From: Myxococcales bacterium
GTDB lineage: Bacteria; Myxococcota_A; UBA9042; JABWCM01; BTVJ01
Reading direction: 5' to 3'
Length of the DNA stretch: 64,000 bases
NCBI GenBank assembly: GCA_045863395.1
Contig: BTVJ01000008.1
Coordinates: forward strand, 1-64,000
Positions 47,085-56,836 of this stretch are shown one piece after another. The position numbers and the translations under genes are program-made. The notes beneath the pieces are model-generated. The model ran no database searches and was not told the DNA's origin. It saw only the letters and a program-made list of their open reading frames with translations. The first letter of the stretch is position 1, and every line of letters begins with the position of its first letter.

Positions 47085-47753
47085 TCAGTCGGGGCCGATG
47101 AGCACCACGGTCAGCTCCCGGGGGCCGTGCATGCCGGTGATCAGCACCTTCTCGATGTCTGCCGTGCGGCTCGGGCCCGTCACGAAGGCCGTGCACGAGT
47201 CCGGCGAGCGGACCAGGGCGCGGCGCTCCACCCACGTCTCCAGGTCGGGCAGGAGCTGGTCCGTGGTCGCTATCACTACGTGGCGGCGCGGCAGCAGGGA
47301 CAGCACGCGGGGGCGCGCAACGGTGGCGGCCAGTACGACGGTGCCCGTGTCTGCGAGCAGGGCGTCCGCCCCCGTGACTCCGGCCGCGGCCCCGGCGGCC
47401 CGAGTGCGCAGCCAGTCCGGGTCTCCGTCGCGCGGGTCCCACAGGAGCACGGTCGTGCGGTCCAGGATGTCGCGGACCGGCAGCACGGTCTTGTGCACGA
47501 TGGGGTCGGCGGAGCACAGCACGATGGCCTGGTCGGTCCAGTCCAGCTCGCGGACCAGGAGGCGCGACAGGGCCGCGCGATCCGGCACCCGCGCAACGCG
47601 CCCCCCGGCTGCGGACAGCGCCTCGGTGAACCGCCTGGCCAGGGTCGCCCGATCCCCCTCGCGAACCCCCTCTCGGGGGGCCGGCTCGGCCGGCTGGACC
47701 TGTGCTCGGGGTGCGGCCCGCAGGCGCCCGAGGATCGCCTCCCGCGCGCTCAT
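47085..47753 (-). CDS. lutC: lactate utilization protein C (LUD domain)
   Basis: MSAREAIL, ADTGTVV, SLLP, VTGPSRTADIE...GMHGP. Confidence 0.9.
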   Translation of the reverse strand: MSAREAILGRLRAAPRAQVQPAEPAPREGVREGDRATLARRFTEALSAAGGRVARVPDRAALSRLLVRELDWTDQAIVLCSADPIVHKTVLPVRDILDRTTVLLWDPRDGDPDWLRTRAAGAAAGVTGADALLADTGTVVLAATVARPRVLSLLPRRHVVIATTDQLLPDLETWVERRALVRSPDSCTAFVTGPSRTADIEKVLITGMHGPRELTVVLIGPD

Positions 47754-49150
47754 GGCTCCCGCTCCTCGAGCACCTCGGAGACGCGCTGCCGGAACGTCCG
47801 CGAGGGCAGGGCGGGAGCCGCCCGGCCAGGGCCCCACCCGAGGACCCGCAGCGCCGTGCCCAGAAACCCCAGCCGCCCGGCGAGCCGCAGCAGCCACCCC
47901 GCCAGGGCGAAGCGCCGCGCTGTGCTGCTCGCGAGGCGCCAGAGCCGGAAGGCGAGCCGCTCCCGCCAGGGACGCAGCCGATCACGCACGGTGCGCCCGC
48001 GCAAGGTGAGCAGCATCTCGTGCAGGTCGATGCCCACGGGGCAGATCGCAGTGCAGGCGCCACACAAGCTGGACCCGTGGGGGAGCGCCGCAGCCGCCCG
48101 CCCGAGCAGCGCCGGCCCCAGCACGCTGCCGATGGGCCCGGGGACCGTCCACCCGTAGGCGTGGCCGCCGACGTGCTGGAACACGGGGCAGACGTTCATG
48201 CAGGCGCCGCAGCGGATGCAGGCGAGGCTCCCGCGCAGCTCCGCGTCGGCGAGGAGCCTGCTCCTCCCGTTGTCGAGGAGCACGACGTGGACCTGCTCCG
48301 GGCCGTCCGCCTCTCTTCCCCTGCGGGGTCCCGCGAGCAGCGACACGTAGCTCGTCGCCCGCTGGCCCGTGGCGCTCCGGGCGAGGACGCGCAGCAGCAC
48401 CGCCGCATCGGCGAGGCGCGGGACCACCTTCTCGATGCCCATGAGCGCCACGTGGACCCGAGGCAGCGTCGTCGCGAGCCGGATGTTCCCCTCGTTCTCG
48501 ACGAGCACCAGCGTGCCGGACTCGGCGACGGCGAAGTTCACGCCCGTGACCCCGACCGTCGCCTCCAGGAGCTCGCGGCGCAGGTGCTCCCGGGCGATGG
48601 CGACCAGGGCGTCCGGATCGTCCGTGAAAGGGACCCCGAGCTCGTCGGCGAAGATGGCGCCGATCTCGCGCCGGCTCAGGTGAAGCGCAGGCGCGGTGAT
48701 GTGGGACGGCGGCTGCCCGGCGAGCTGGACGATGAGCTCGCCCAGGTCCGTCTCGACGGGCGCGATGCCGGCCTTGGAGAGCGCCTCCCCCAGGTGGATC
48801 TCCTCCGACGCCATGGACTTGCCCTTGACCACCCGGCGGGCGCCCGCCGCCTGGGCGATGTCCACGATGATCCGGCAGGCCGCGACGCCGTCCTCGGCCC
48901 AGTGGACCGTGACTCCCCGCTCGCACAGCCGCTCCTCGAGCTGCTCCAGGAGCGCGGGGAGGCGGGCCAGCGCGTCGCCGCGAATCGCCGCCGCCCGCCG
49001 CCGCAGCCCCGCCCACCCCGGCTGCGCGGCGACGGCCGCAGCGCGCGCCCCGAGGGTCGTCCGCGTGGCGCGTTGCAGGGTGTGCCCGAGGGCGGCGTCG
49101 CGCAGCCCCTCGCGCACGTTGGCCTCGAAGCACGCTGGATCGCGCTTCAC
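47750..49150 (-). CDS. lutB: lactate utilization Fe-S protein B
   Basis: KGKSMASEE, ETDLGE, PSHITAPALH, CIRCGACMNVCP, SLCGACTAICP. Confidence 0.95.
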   Translation of the reverse strand: MKRDPACFEANVREGLRDAALGHTLQRATRTTLGARAAAVAAQPGWAGLRRRAAAIRGDALARLPALLEQLEERLCERGVTVHWAEDGVAACRIIVDIAQAAGARRVVKGKSMASEEIHLGEALSKAGIAPVETDLGELIVQLAGQPPSHITAPALHLSRREIGAIFADELGVPFTDDPDALVAIAREHLRRELLEATVGVTGVNFAVAESGTLVLVENEGNIRLATTLPRVHVALMGIEKVVPRLADAAVLLRVLARSATGQRATSYVSLLAGPRRGREADGPEQVHVVLLDNGRSRLLADAELRGSLACIRCGACMNVCPVFQHVGGHAYGWTVPGPIGSVLGPALLGRAAAALPHGSSLCGACTAICPVGIDLHEMLLTLRGRTVRDRLRPWRERLAFRLWRLASSTARRFALAGWLLRLAGRLGFLGTALRVLGWGPGRAAPALPSRTFRQRVSEVLEEREP

Positions 49151-49881
49151 GCCAGTGCCCCCCGCGCGGCCAGCACCTCGGCGATGTGGGCGACGCGCAC
49201 CGGCGAGCCCAGCCGCTGGAGCAGCCCCCGCAGCTGGAGCATGCACCCGGGGTCCGCCGTCACCACCACGCTTGCGCCGGTCTCCAGCACCCGCCGCGCC
49301 TTCTCTTCGCCCATGGCCACGCTCAGCTCTGGCAGCTTGACCGCGAAGGCTCCGCCGAAGCCGCAGCACCGCTCCGCCTCGCCAAGGGGCACCAGGTCGA
49401 GCCCCTCGACCGCCCGCAGCAGCCTCCGTGGGGCCGCCTCGACGTTGAGCTCCCGCAGCAGGTGGCAGGGCGGATGCCACGTCGCTTTGACGGGCAGCGA
49501 CGCCCCGAGGTCGACGATGCCCAGGTGGTCGGCGAGCAGCTCGGTCAGCTCGAAGGTGCGTCCCCTGAGGCGCTCTGCTCGCGGCCAGAGCGCATCGGGC
49601 AGGTGCGGCAGCAGGTCTGGCAGGTGGTTTCGCACCATCGCCACGCACGAGCCCGACGGCGCCACGACCACGTCCGCCTCCTCGAAGGCGTCGAGGAGCG
49701 TGCGCGCGACCTGGGCCGCCTCGTGTCGGTAGCCGGCGTTGTAGCCCGGCTGGCCGCAGCAGACCTGCCGGCCGTCCCAGACGACCTCGCAGCCTGCCCG
49801 CCGCAGCACGCGCACGGTGGCCACCCCGACCTCCGGCAGGAGCTGATCGACCATGCACGGCACGAACAGGTGGACCTTCAC
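49147..49881 (-). CDS. lutA: lactate utilization protein A (CCG domains)
   Basis: QVCCGQPGYNAG, PSGSC, CCGFGGAF. Confidence 0.93.
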   Translation of the reverse strand: MKVHLFVPCMVDQLLPEVGVATVRVLRRAGCEVVWDGRQVCCGQPGYNAGYRHEAAQVARTLLDAFEEADVVVAPSGSCVAMVRNHLPDLLPHLPDALWPRAERLRGRTFELTELLADHLGIVDLGASLPVKATWHPPCHLLRELNVEAAPRRLLRAVEGLDLVPLGEAERCCGFGGAFAVKLPELSVAMGEEKARRVLETGASVVVTADPGCMLQLRGLLQRLGSPVRVAHIAEVLAARGALA

Positions 49882-50015
49882 GGCGCCGGAGCATAGCACG
49901 GAACGTGCGCGGTTGCTGGACGTCCACCCGTCGGATCGCGTGCGCGGCCTGCCGCCTGCGTGCCCCTCGGGGCCCCGGGCTGGACGTCCGGGGCCCAGCC
50001 GAATACTGTGGACTC

Positions 50016-50705
50016 ATGGCCCGCACCGCAGACGCGACCGTCATCGAGGTCACGCCGCACACGGCGACCTTGTCCCTTGCCGAGCTTCACATCGCGGGCC
50101 TCCGCCCCGGCGCGCTGCGCCCAGGCGCCGTGGCCAGCGTCTCGGTGGACCGTGCGGGCGAGGCCTACTTCGCGCTGGCATCGGCGCCCAACGACCTCCC
50201 GCGCGCGGAGCTGCTCGTCCGCCGGGGGCCGCCCGTCGCCGAGGCCCTCGTGGCGCTCCCGGCGGGCTCGACCATCCGGGTCAACGGTCCGGTCGGCCGA
50301 GGCTTCGACCTGAGCCGCCTGGCCGGCGGTCCCGTGGCGTGCGTGGGCGTCGGGTCCGCCATCGGGCCCCTTCGGAGCGCGCTGCTCCACATGATCGGAG
50401 AGCGACCCCGTTACGGGCGCATCGTGCTCGTGTACGGGGTCCGGGACGCGACGGACATCCCCTTCGCGGAGGAGCACGCCGCTTGGATGGACGCGGGGGT
50501 GGAGCTGCACGTCACGGCCACGCGCCCCGACCCCGCCGGGTGGCCGGGCCGCGAGGGGCGCGTGCAGCGTCACCTGGCAGAGGCGCTCGACGGGATGGCA
50601 AGCGGAGGGGTCCTGCTCTGCGGGATGCCGGCGATGGTCCGCGACACCACGACCGCCCTGGTCGGCCTGGGCTACGAGCGCGACGCGATCCTGCTCAACT
50701 ACTGA
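50016..50705 (+). CDS. FAD/NAD(P)-binding oxidoreductase (FNR-like)
   Basis: YFALAS, GPVGRGF, GSAIGPLRS, LLCG. Confidence 0.85.
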   Translation: MARTADATVIEVTPHTATLSLAELHIAGLRPGALRPGAVASVSVDRAGEAYFALASAPNDLPRAELLVRRGPPVAEALVALPAGSTIRVNGPVGRGFDLSRLAGGPVACVGVGSAIGPLRSALLHMIGERPRYGRIVLVYGVRDATDIPFAEEHAAWMDAGVELHVTATRPDPAGWPGREGRVQRHLAEALDGMASGGVLLCGMPAMVRDTTTALVGLGYERDAILLNY

Positions 50706-50748
50706 TTGGCTCAGCGCGTGACGGTGGCGCTCGGGCGCCAGGGTCCCG

Positions 50749-51027
50749 CTACTCCGAGTCGACGCGCTCCCGCAGCTCCTTGCCGACACGGAAGGAGGGC
50801 AGGACCTTGGCGGGAACCTCCACCGCGTCACCCGTGCGAGGGTTGCGGCCGGTGTACGAGTCGTAGCGACGGGTCGTGAAGCTGCCGAAGCCTCGAATCT
50901 CCACGCGATCCCCGTCCACCAGGGCGGCGATCATGGAGTCGAAGACGGTGTTGACGGCGATCTCGGCGTCCTTCCTTGCCAGGTTGGTCCTGGTGGCGAT
51001 CACGTCGATCAACTCCGAGCGGTTCAT
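50749..51027 (-). CDS. ihfB: integration host factor beta / HU-family protein
   Basis: MNRSELI, RVEIRGFGSF, GRNPRTG, GKELRERV. Confidence 0.9.
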   Translation of the reverse strand: MNRSELIDVIATRTNLARKDAEIAVNTVFDSMIAALVDGDRVEIRGFGSFTTRRYDSYTGRNPRTGDAVEVPAKVLPSFRVGKELRERVDSE

Positions 51028-51073
51028 GGTTGCTCCTGACGGAAGGTGTTCTCTCTGGTGCTCTCGCATACGG

Positions 51074-51152
51074 TGGTACCCCCGACAGGATTCGAACCTG
51101 TGGCTTACAGGGATTAGGAATCCCCAGCTCTGTCCACCTGAGCTACGGGGGC
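51074..51152 (-). tRNA. tRNA-Arg (anticodon CCT)
   Basis: Cloverleaf: acceptor GCCCCCG/CGGGGGT, D arm GCTC/GAGC, anticodon loop TTCCTAA, T loop TTCGAAT, encoded CCA. Confidence 0.9.
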
Positions 51153-51316
51153 CGAGACGCCTCAGTCGTCTAGCAGATGCACCGGGGATCGGTCAAGCGC
51201 GTTGCGGGAGGGGCCAGAACCATCCTTCCGCCCGGTCCTGACCCCTACGGGTGGCCTGGTTGACGGGCGCTGGCGCCCGATGGTACGAGTCCCCGACCCG
51301 AGCCGCCGAGGTGCCC

Positions 51317-53215
51317 ATGAGCGACCGCTTCTACGTCACGACCCCCATCTACTACGTCAACGACAAGCCGCACATCGGCCACGCCTACTGCACGATCCTC
51401 GCGGACGTCCTCGCCCGCTACCACCGGCTCTTCGGTGAGCAGACCTGGTTCCTGACGGGCGTGGACGAGCACGGCCAGAAGGTGCAGGAGGCTGCCCGCA
51501 AGCGGGGCATGACGCCGCAGGAGCACTGCGACGAGATGCACCAGCACTTCAAGCACGTGTGGCCGACCCTGCACATCGAGAACGACGACTTCATCCGCAC
51601 CACGGAGCCGCGCCACACGGCCATCGTCCAGCAGGCGCTCCAGCGGCTCTTCGACAAGGGCGAGGTCTACGAGCAGGTGTACCGGGGCTGGTACTCGACG
51701 TCGGTCGAGCGCTTCTGGGCCGAGGAGGAGCTGGTCAATGGCCGCTGCCCCGAGACGGGCAACGAGGTCGTCTGGATCGAGGAGCGCAACTACTGGTTCC
51801 GCATGGGGAAGTACCGGGACCGCCTCGTCGCGCACATCGAGGCGAACCCCGACTTCATCCAGCCCCCGAACCGCCGGAACGAGGTGCTGGGCTTCCTGCA
51901 GAAGGATCTCAAGGACCTGTGCATCTCCCGCCCCAAGGAGCGCTTGTCCTGGGGCATCGAGCTGCCCTTCGACCGGGACTTCGTGACCTACGTGTGGTTC
52001 GACGCGCTGCTCAACTACTGCAGCGCCATCGGGCTGTATGCGGATCCCGATCGGTTCCAGGCGTGGTGGCCCCACGTGCATCACCTGATCGGCAAGGACA
52101 TCCTGACGACCCACTGCGTCTACTGGACGACGATGCTCATGGCGCTGGAGCTCCCGCTGCCGCAGCGCATCGTGGCGACCGGCTGGTGGTTGACGGACAA
52201 CACGAAGATGTCCAAGTCGCTGGGCAACGTGGTCTCGCCCCTGTCGTTGAAGGAGAAGTACGGTCCCGAGGTGCTGCGGTACTTCCTGATGCGCGAGATG
52301 GTGCTCGGCCTGGACGCCAACTTCAGCGAGGAGGCGCTGGTCGCCCGCAACAACGCCGATCTGGCCAACGACCTCGGCAACCTGCTGAGCCGCGCGACCA
52401 AGCTGCTGGCCAAGGAGCCCCTGGATGGCCGGGTCCCGGTGCCGGGGCCCGTCCTCCCGGAGGACGAGGAGACGGTGACCCTCCTGCGTGGGCTGCCCGA
52501 GAAGGTGCGCGGCCTCGTCTGCGCCCTGAAGCTGCACGCCGCCCTTGAGGAGGTGCTCCAGGGGGTGCGCCGCCTCAACAAGTATGTCAACGACGCCCAG
52601 CCGTTCCGTCTGGTGAAGACGGACCCGGCCCGCGCCGGCGCCGTGCTCTACAACGTGCTCGAGGGCCTCCGGTTCGCGGCGACGCTGCTGTGGCCCGTGA
52701 TGCCCGAGAAGGCGGGCCACATCCTGGCGGACATCGGCTGGGCGGGGCCGCCCCCGGCCCTCACGTCCCTGACGTGGGGCGAGCTGACCCCAGGGGCCCC
52801 GGTCGGGACGACGCCCGCCCTGTTCCCGCGCTACGAGCTGAAGGTCGAGGAGGCCAAAGTGACCACGCCCGAGCCCGCCCCCACGGGCAAGCCGCTCATC
52901 GCCTACGCCGACTTCGCCAAGGTGGAGCTGCGCGTCGGCGAGATCGTCGCCGCCGAGGCGGTGCCCAAGTCCGCGAAGCTGCTGAAGCTGCAGGTCGACG
53001 TGGGCACCTCGGTGCGCCAGATCGTCGCGGGCATCGCCCAGTCCTACGCGCCGGAGCAGCTCGTCGGCCGCCGCGCCGTCGTGCTCGTCAACCTGGAGCC
53101 GCGCAAGCTGTTCGGGCTCCAGAGCGAGGGCATGCTCCTGGTCGCCGAGGACGAGGCCGGCCTGTCCCTGCTCACCCCCGAGCGCCCGGCGGCCCCCGGC
53201 GCAGAGATCGCCTGA
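51317..53215 (+). CDS. metG: methionine--tRNA ligase with C-terminal tRNA-binding domain
   Basis: HIGH, GKDI, KMSKS, C-terminal OB-fold SEGMLL. Confidence 0.97.
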   Translation: MSDRFYVTTPIYYVNDKPHIGHAYCTILADVLARYHRLFGEQTWFLTGVDEHGQKVQEAARKRGMTPQEHCDEMHQHFKHVWPTLHIENDDFIRTTEPRHTAIVQQALQRLFDKGEVYEQVYRGWYSTSVERFWAEEELVNGRCPETGNEVVWIEERNYWFRMGKYRDRLVAHIEANPDFIQPPNRRNEVLGFLQKDLKDLCISRPKERLSWGIELPFDRDFVTYVWFDALLNYCSAIGLYADPDRFQAWWPHVHHLIGKDILTTHCVYWTTMLMALELPLPQRIVATGWWLTDNTKMSKSLGNVVSPLSLKEKYGPEVLRYFLMREMVLGLDANFSEEALVARNNADLANDLGNLLSRATKLLAKEPLDGRVPVPGPVLPEDEETVTLLRGLPEKVRGLVCALKLHAALEEVLQGVRRLNKYVNDAQPFRLVKTDPARAGAVLYNVLEGLRFAATLLWPVMPEKAGHILADIGWAGPPPALTSLTWGELTPGAPVGTTPALFPRYELKVEEAKVTTPEPAPTGKPLIAYADFAKVELRVGEIVAAEAVPKSAKLLKLQVDVGTSVRQIVAGIAQSYAPEQLVGRRAVVLVNLEPRKLFGLQSEGMLLVAEDEAGLSLLTPERPAAPGAEIA

Positions 53216-53219
53216 CCCA

Positions 53220-53759
53220 ATGAACAAGCTGGAGGACACCATGGAGGAGCTGCTCAAGTCCCGCATCCGGGACGTCCCCGACTTCCCCAAGCCGGGCATC
53301 GTGTTCAAGGACCTGAGCCCCGTGCTGCAGGACACCGCGCTGTTCAACGGCGTCATCGACGCCTTCGCGGACCGCTACGCGAGCATGGACATCGACCGCA
53401 TCGTCGCCGTGGAGGCCCGCGGCTTCCTGTACGGGAGCGCGCTCGCCTACCGCATGAAGAAGGGCCTCGGCCTGGTCCGCAAGCCCGGCAAGCTGCCGTG
53501 GCGCACGGCGAAGCACTGCTACACGCTGGAGTACGGAGAGGACTGCCTGGAGATGCACCTGGACGCCGTGGAGCCAGGCCAGCGCGTGCTGATCGTGGAC
53601 GACCTGCTCGCGACGGGTGGCACGGTCAACGCGACCGCCAAGCTCGTCCAGGAGCAGGGCGCCCACGTGGTGGAGGCGGCCTTCGTGGTCGAGCTGTCGT
53701 TCCTGAGCGGGCGCGACAAGCTGAGCCCCGTACCTTCCTGGGCGCTGGTCAGGTACTGA
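53220..53759 (+). CDS. apt: adenine phosphoribosyltransferase
   Basis: PDFPKPGIVFKD, EARGF, VDDLLATGGT; start may be 53241. Confidence 0.96.
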   Translation: MNKLEDTMEELLKSRIRDVPDFPKPGIVFKDLSPVLQDTALFNGVIDAFADRYASMDIDRIVAVEARGFLYGSALAYRMKKGLGLVRKPGKLPWRTAKHCYTLEYGEDCLEMHLDAVEPGQRVLIVDDLLATGGTVNATAKLVQEQGAHVVEAAFVVELSFLSGRDKLSPVPSWALVRY

Positions 53760-53801
53760 GCCGGGGCGTCGGGGGGCTCCGCGCGGGGCACGGAGGGGGC
53801 G

Positions 53802-54587
53802 TCAGGCCCCCACGGACGGCCGCGCTGCGTGGGCCGGGGTGAAGAGGCCCCACCCATCCAGGGTCGCCTTGGCACCCCAGTGGGTCGTGTCGAGCTGCAG
53901 GGCGGTCACGGACACCCACCCATCACGGACGGCATTGCAGTCCGAGCCGGGGATGTCCCGGTAGGTGATGTGCTTGCCGCCGATCCACACGTACTCGCCG
54001 CCCCGCGGGTCCACGCGGCGCTCCACGTCTCCCGAGTAGTGCCGGATCCCCAGCGACGTGCTGAGAAACCCCCGGTGGCCGGCTTGCGGAGGCGGGATGT
54101 TCACGTTGAGCAGCGTGTCCTCGGGGATCCCGCGCGTGAGGGCCTCCCGCACGACGGCGTCGAGCGCGACGACTGCTCCCTCGAAGTCGTAGGGGCGGCG
54201 CCCGGTCAGAGAGAAGGCGATGGCCGGGACCCCCTGGATCACCGCCTCCCGCGCCCCCGCCAACGTGCCCGAGTAGATGACGTCGTAGCCCAGATTGGGC
54301 CCGTGGTTGACGCCGCTGAGCGCCAGCGCAGGGCGCTCCGTCGCCATGTGGTTGATCCCCAGGTACACGCAGTCCGCCGGCGTCCCGGTGACCGACCAGC
54401 GGCCCGCGCTGTGCTCGTGTACCCGCAGGGGGGCGTGCAGGGTGAGCGCGTGGCTGATGCCGCTCATCTCGTTCTTGGGCGCGACCGTCATCACGCGCCC
54501 ATAGCGCGCCGCGACGCGCTCCAGGACGTGGAGCCCCTCCGCCTCGATGCCGTCGTCGTTGGTCACGAAGATCAGGGGCTCCGCCAT
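53802..54587 (-). CDS. surE: 5'/3'-nucleotidase SurE
   Basis: TNDDG, GTPADCV, SGVNHGPNLG...YSGT. Confidence 0.96.
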   Translation of the reverse strand: MAEPLIFVTNDDGIEAEGLHVLERVAARYGRVMTVAPKNEMSGISHALTLHAPLRVHEHSAGRWSVTGTPADCVYLGINHMATERPALALSGVNHGPNLGYDVIYSGTLAGAREAVIQGVPAIAFSLTGRRPYDFEGAVVALDAVVREALTRGIPEDTLLNVNIPPPQAGHRGFLSTSLGIRHYSGDVERRVDPRGGEYVWIGGKHITYRDIPGSDCNAVRDGWVSVTALQLDTTHWGAKATLDGWGLFTPAHAARPSVGA

Positions 54588-54588
54588 C

Positions 54589-54945
54589 TCAATCGCCTCC
54601 GGTGTCCTTGGTGTCCGGCGTCCCCTGGAAGGCGCAGCGGCCCTGGAGACACAGGAGCGGCAGCCCATCGCGGCGCTCGAACCGGCACTCGTCGCTCGTC
54701 GCGCAGGTCCCGGCCTCCTGGATGGTGCCGGTGCAGATGGTCCAGTCGTACTCCCCGGTCTTTGCGCACACCGTCGGGGGGCGGCAGTCCTCCTGGAAGT
54801 CGCAGGGCGCCCCCCGCAGCCCGCCGGTGGCGCCTCCGCCCAGCCCGTCGCTGCAAGCCGCCACGGTCGCGAGGAGGGTCACGAGGAGCGCGGCTCGTGG
54901 CAGTCGGTGGGCCGTCCAGTGGGGTCTGCCTCTCATGGGGGGCAC
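54589..54945 (-). CDS. small Cys-rich lipoprotein
   Basis: Lipobox VAAC followed by 8 further Cys; abuts the surE start; true start uncertain. Confidence 0.7.
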   Translation of the reverse strand: MPPMRGRPHWTAHRLPRAALLVTLLATVAACSDGLGGGATGGLRGAPCDFQEDCRPPTVCAKTGEYDWTICTGTIQEAGTCATSDECRFERRDGLPLLCLQGRCAFQGTPDTKDTGGD

Positions 54946-55157
54946 CTATACCCAAAGCGGCGGCGCATGTCCACGTCCACGCGCTCCGGTGGGGAGCGAT
55001 GGCCCCACGGGTGGGGACTCGGCGAGCCCATGATCTCAAGGGCATGAATTCACGTCCAAATTCGCGTTGAACCCGCGCTGGCGCCGGGGACCAGCGCGCC
55101 CCGGTCCCGCGCGGCGGCAATTCGACAAATTGCTGTGAACTCGATGTGTTGCGACGT

Positions 55158-55173
55158 TGGCAGGCCCCTTGCT
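55158..55173 (+). promoter_or_regulatory. sigma-54 promoter (TGGCAGGCCCCTTGCT)
   Basis: GG-N10-GC consensus about 50 bp upstream of the sigma factor gene. Confidence 0.7.
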
Positions 55174-55225
55174 CTGTGGCCCGCCCGTCCGACGAGGAAA
55201 CCAACGCGACTTGAGGAGATTGAAG

Positions 55226-55882
55226 ATGACCCACGCCGCCGCCATCGACCCCGCAGCCTACATCCCCTTCGTCGAGTGCATCGCCGGTCGCGTCCACCGG
55301 GTCTACGGTGAGCAGGTCCCCCGCGAGGATCTCGTCTCCTACGGCATGCTCGGCCTCCTCGACGCCGCCAAGCGCTTCGAGCCCGCCCCCGACTTCGACT
55401 TCCCGCGCTTCGCCTACTACCGCGTCTTTGGCGCCATGCTGGACGGCACCCGCCGCTGGAGCACGGGCCGGGCCATCGCCCGGCTGCGGAACCGGGAGGA
55501 GGCCCGTGCCCGGGCCGAGGGACGCGAGCAGCCCCACCGCCCCGGCCGACCGGCCATCATGTCGCTGGTCACTCCAAAGGACGAGCACGCCGCTGAGGGT
55601 CGCGCCGGCTTCCGCGGCGAGAGCGGCGACAACCGCGCCCGCAACCCGGAGAGCGTCGTGAATCTGGGCGACATGGGCGAGGCGCTCCAGGAGCTGCTCT
55701 CCACGCTGGACGCCCAGGAGCGCCGGATCATCGAGCTGTACTACTTCGACGACGAGTCCTTCCGCGATGTGGCGCGGCAGGTGGGCATGAGCCCCTCCTG
55801 GCTCTGCCGCATCCACAAGGGCATCCTCGACAAGCTCCGCTGCCGCCTGGCGTCCCGGGGAATCCGCCGAGAGGCCGTCTGA
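55226..55882 (+). CDS. FliA/WhiG-like alternative sigma-70 factor (short)
   Basis: EDLVSYGMLGLLDAAKRF, RVFGAMLD, region 4 ERRIIELYY...S.SWLCRIH. Confidence 0.85.
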   Translation: MTHAAAIDPAAYIPFVECIAGRVHRVYGEQVPREDLVSYGMLGLLDAAKRFEPAPDFDFPRFAYYRVFGAMLDGTRRWSTGRAIARLRNREEARARAEGREQPHRPGRPAIMSLVTPKDEHAAEGRAGFRGESGDNRARNPESVVNLGDMGEALQELLSTLDAQERRIIELYYFDDESFRDVARQVGMSPSWLCRIHKGILDKLRCRLASRGIRREAV

Positions 55883-55994
55883 CCCCACGAGCGATGCATC
55901 AGAGAATCGTTGCGCTTCATGGAGACCTGCGATAGGGTCACCGATCACCGGCGTCCAGCGGCCACCGCCCCACGGCCGCGCACCCGGCTCGGTG

Positions 55995-56300
55995 ATGATG
56001 GGCGTCATCCGACGAGCATTGCGGACCCTCAAGACGCTCCTGGCCGTCTCCATCGTCTTGTTTCTGATCGTTGGCGTGGCGGTGGTGGTCCTGGACCCGT
56101 CGGGCCCCGAGCACTGCAGCCAGCTCGAGCAGGATCTGGAGCGCCTGCGGACCGACAACCTGACCATCCAGAGAGCGAACGACCACCTGCAGCGGCAGAA
56201 CGACGCACTGCGAAACGACCCCCGCATGATCGAGCAGGTCGCCCGGGAGGAGCTGGGCATGATTCGGCCCGGTGAGGTGATCTACCGCTTCCAGCGCTGA
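55995..56300 (+). CDS. ftsB: septum formation initiator FtsB/DivIC
   Basis: TM, coiled coil, IEQVAREELGMIRPGEVIY. Confidence 0.88.
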   Translation: MMGVIRRALRTLKTLLAVSIVLFLIVGVAVVVLDPSGPEHCSQLEQDLERLRTDNLTIQRANDHLQRQNDALRNDPRMIEQVAREELGMIRPGEVIYRFQR

Positions 56301-56327
56301 CCCGTCGTGTCCTGCCAAGCCGCCCGG

Positions 56328-56768
56328 TCAGCCCGGGTAGGCGCCCATGATGTAGCTCTCCAGGATGCGCACGGTGTAGCTCAGGTCGTCCATGCGTGCC
56401 TTGACCACGTCACCGATGGACACGATGCCCACGACCCTGCCCTCGACGAGCACGGGCAGGTGGCGGACCCGCTTGTCGGTCATCAGCGCCATGCAGCCGG
56501 TGATGCTGTCCTCGGGGTGGACGTAGAGGACCCGGGGCGTCATGACGTCGCGGACCGGCGTCTCCCGCGATGAGCGCCCCTGGAGGATCACCTTGCGCGC
56601 GTAGTCCCGCTCCGTGAGGATGCCGACGAGCTGCTGGCTCTGCATGACGAGGACCGCGCCGATGTGGTGCTCGGACATGAGCGCGATGGCCTCGAAGACC
56701 GTGTGGTCCGGGCTGACGTGGTAGACCGTTCGCCCCTTCTTCTCGAGGATGTCTCCGACCTTCTCCAT
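56328..56768 (-). CDS. CBS-pair domain protein
   Basis: GILTERDYARKV, RVRHLPV, GIVSIGDVVK. Confidence 0.93.
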   Translation of the reverse strand: MEKVGDILEKKGRTVYHVSPDHTVFEAIALMSEHHIGAVLVMQSQQLVGILTERDYARKVILQGRSSRETPVRDVMTPRVLYVHPEDSITGCMALMTDKRVRHLPVLVEGRVVGIVSIGDVVKARMDDLSYTVRILESYIMGAYPG

Positions 56769-56836
56769 GGATGTCCTCCTGCCGTTGTGGGGGAAACCTC
56801 TCCAACGTAGGCAGGCCGCGCACCAAGGCAACGGGG

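Noticed and set aside
51074..51152. Prophage or island integrated at the tRNA
   Set aside because: No integrase, no duplicated tRNA 3' end noticed, and housekeeping genes on both sides
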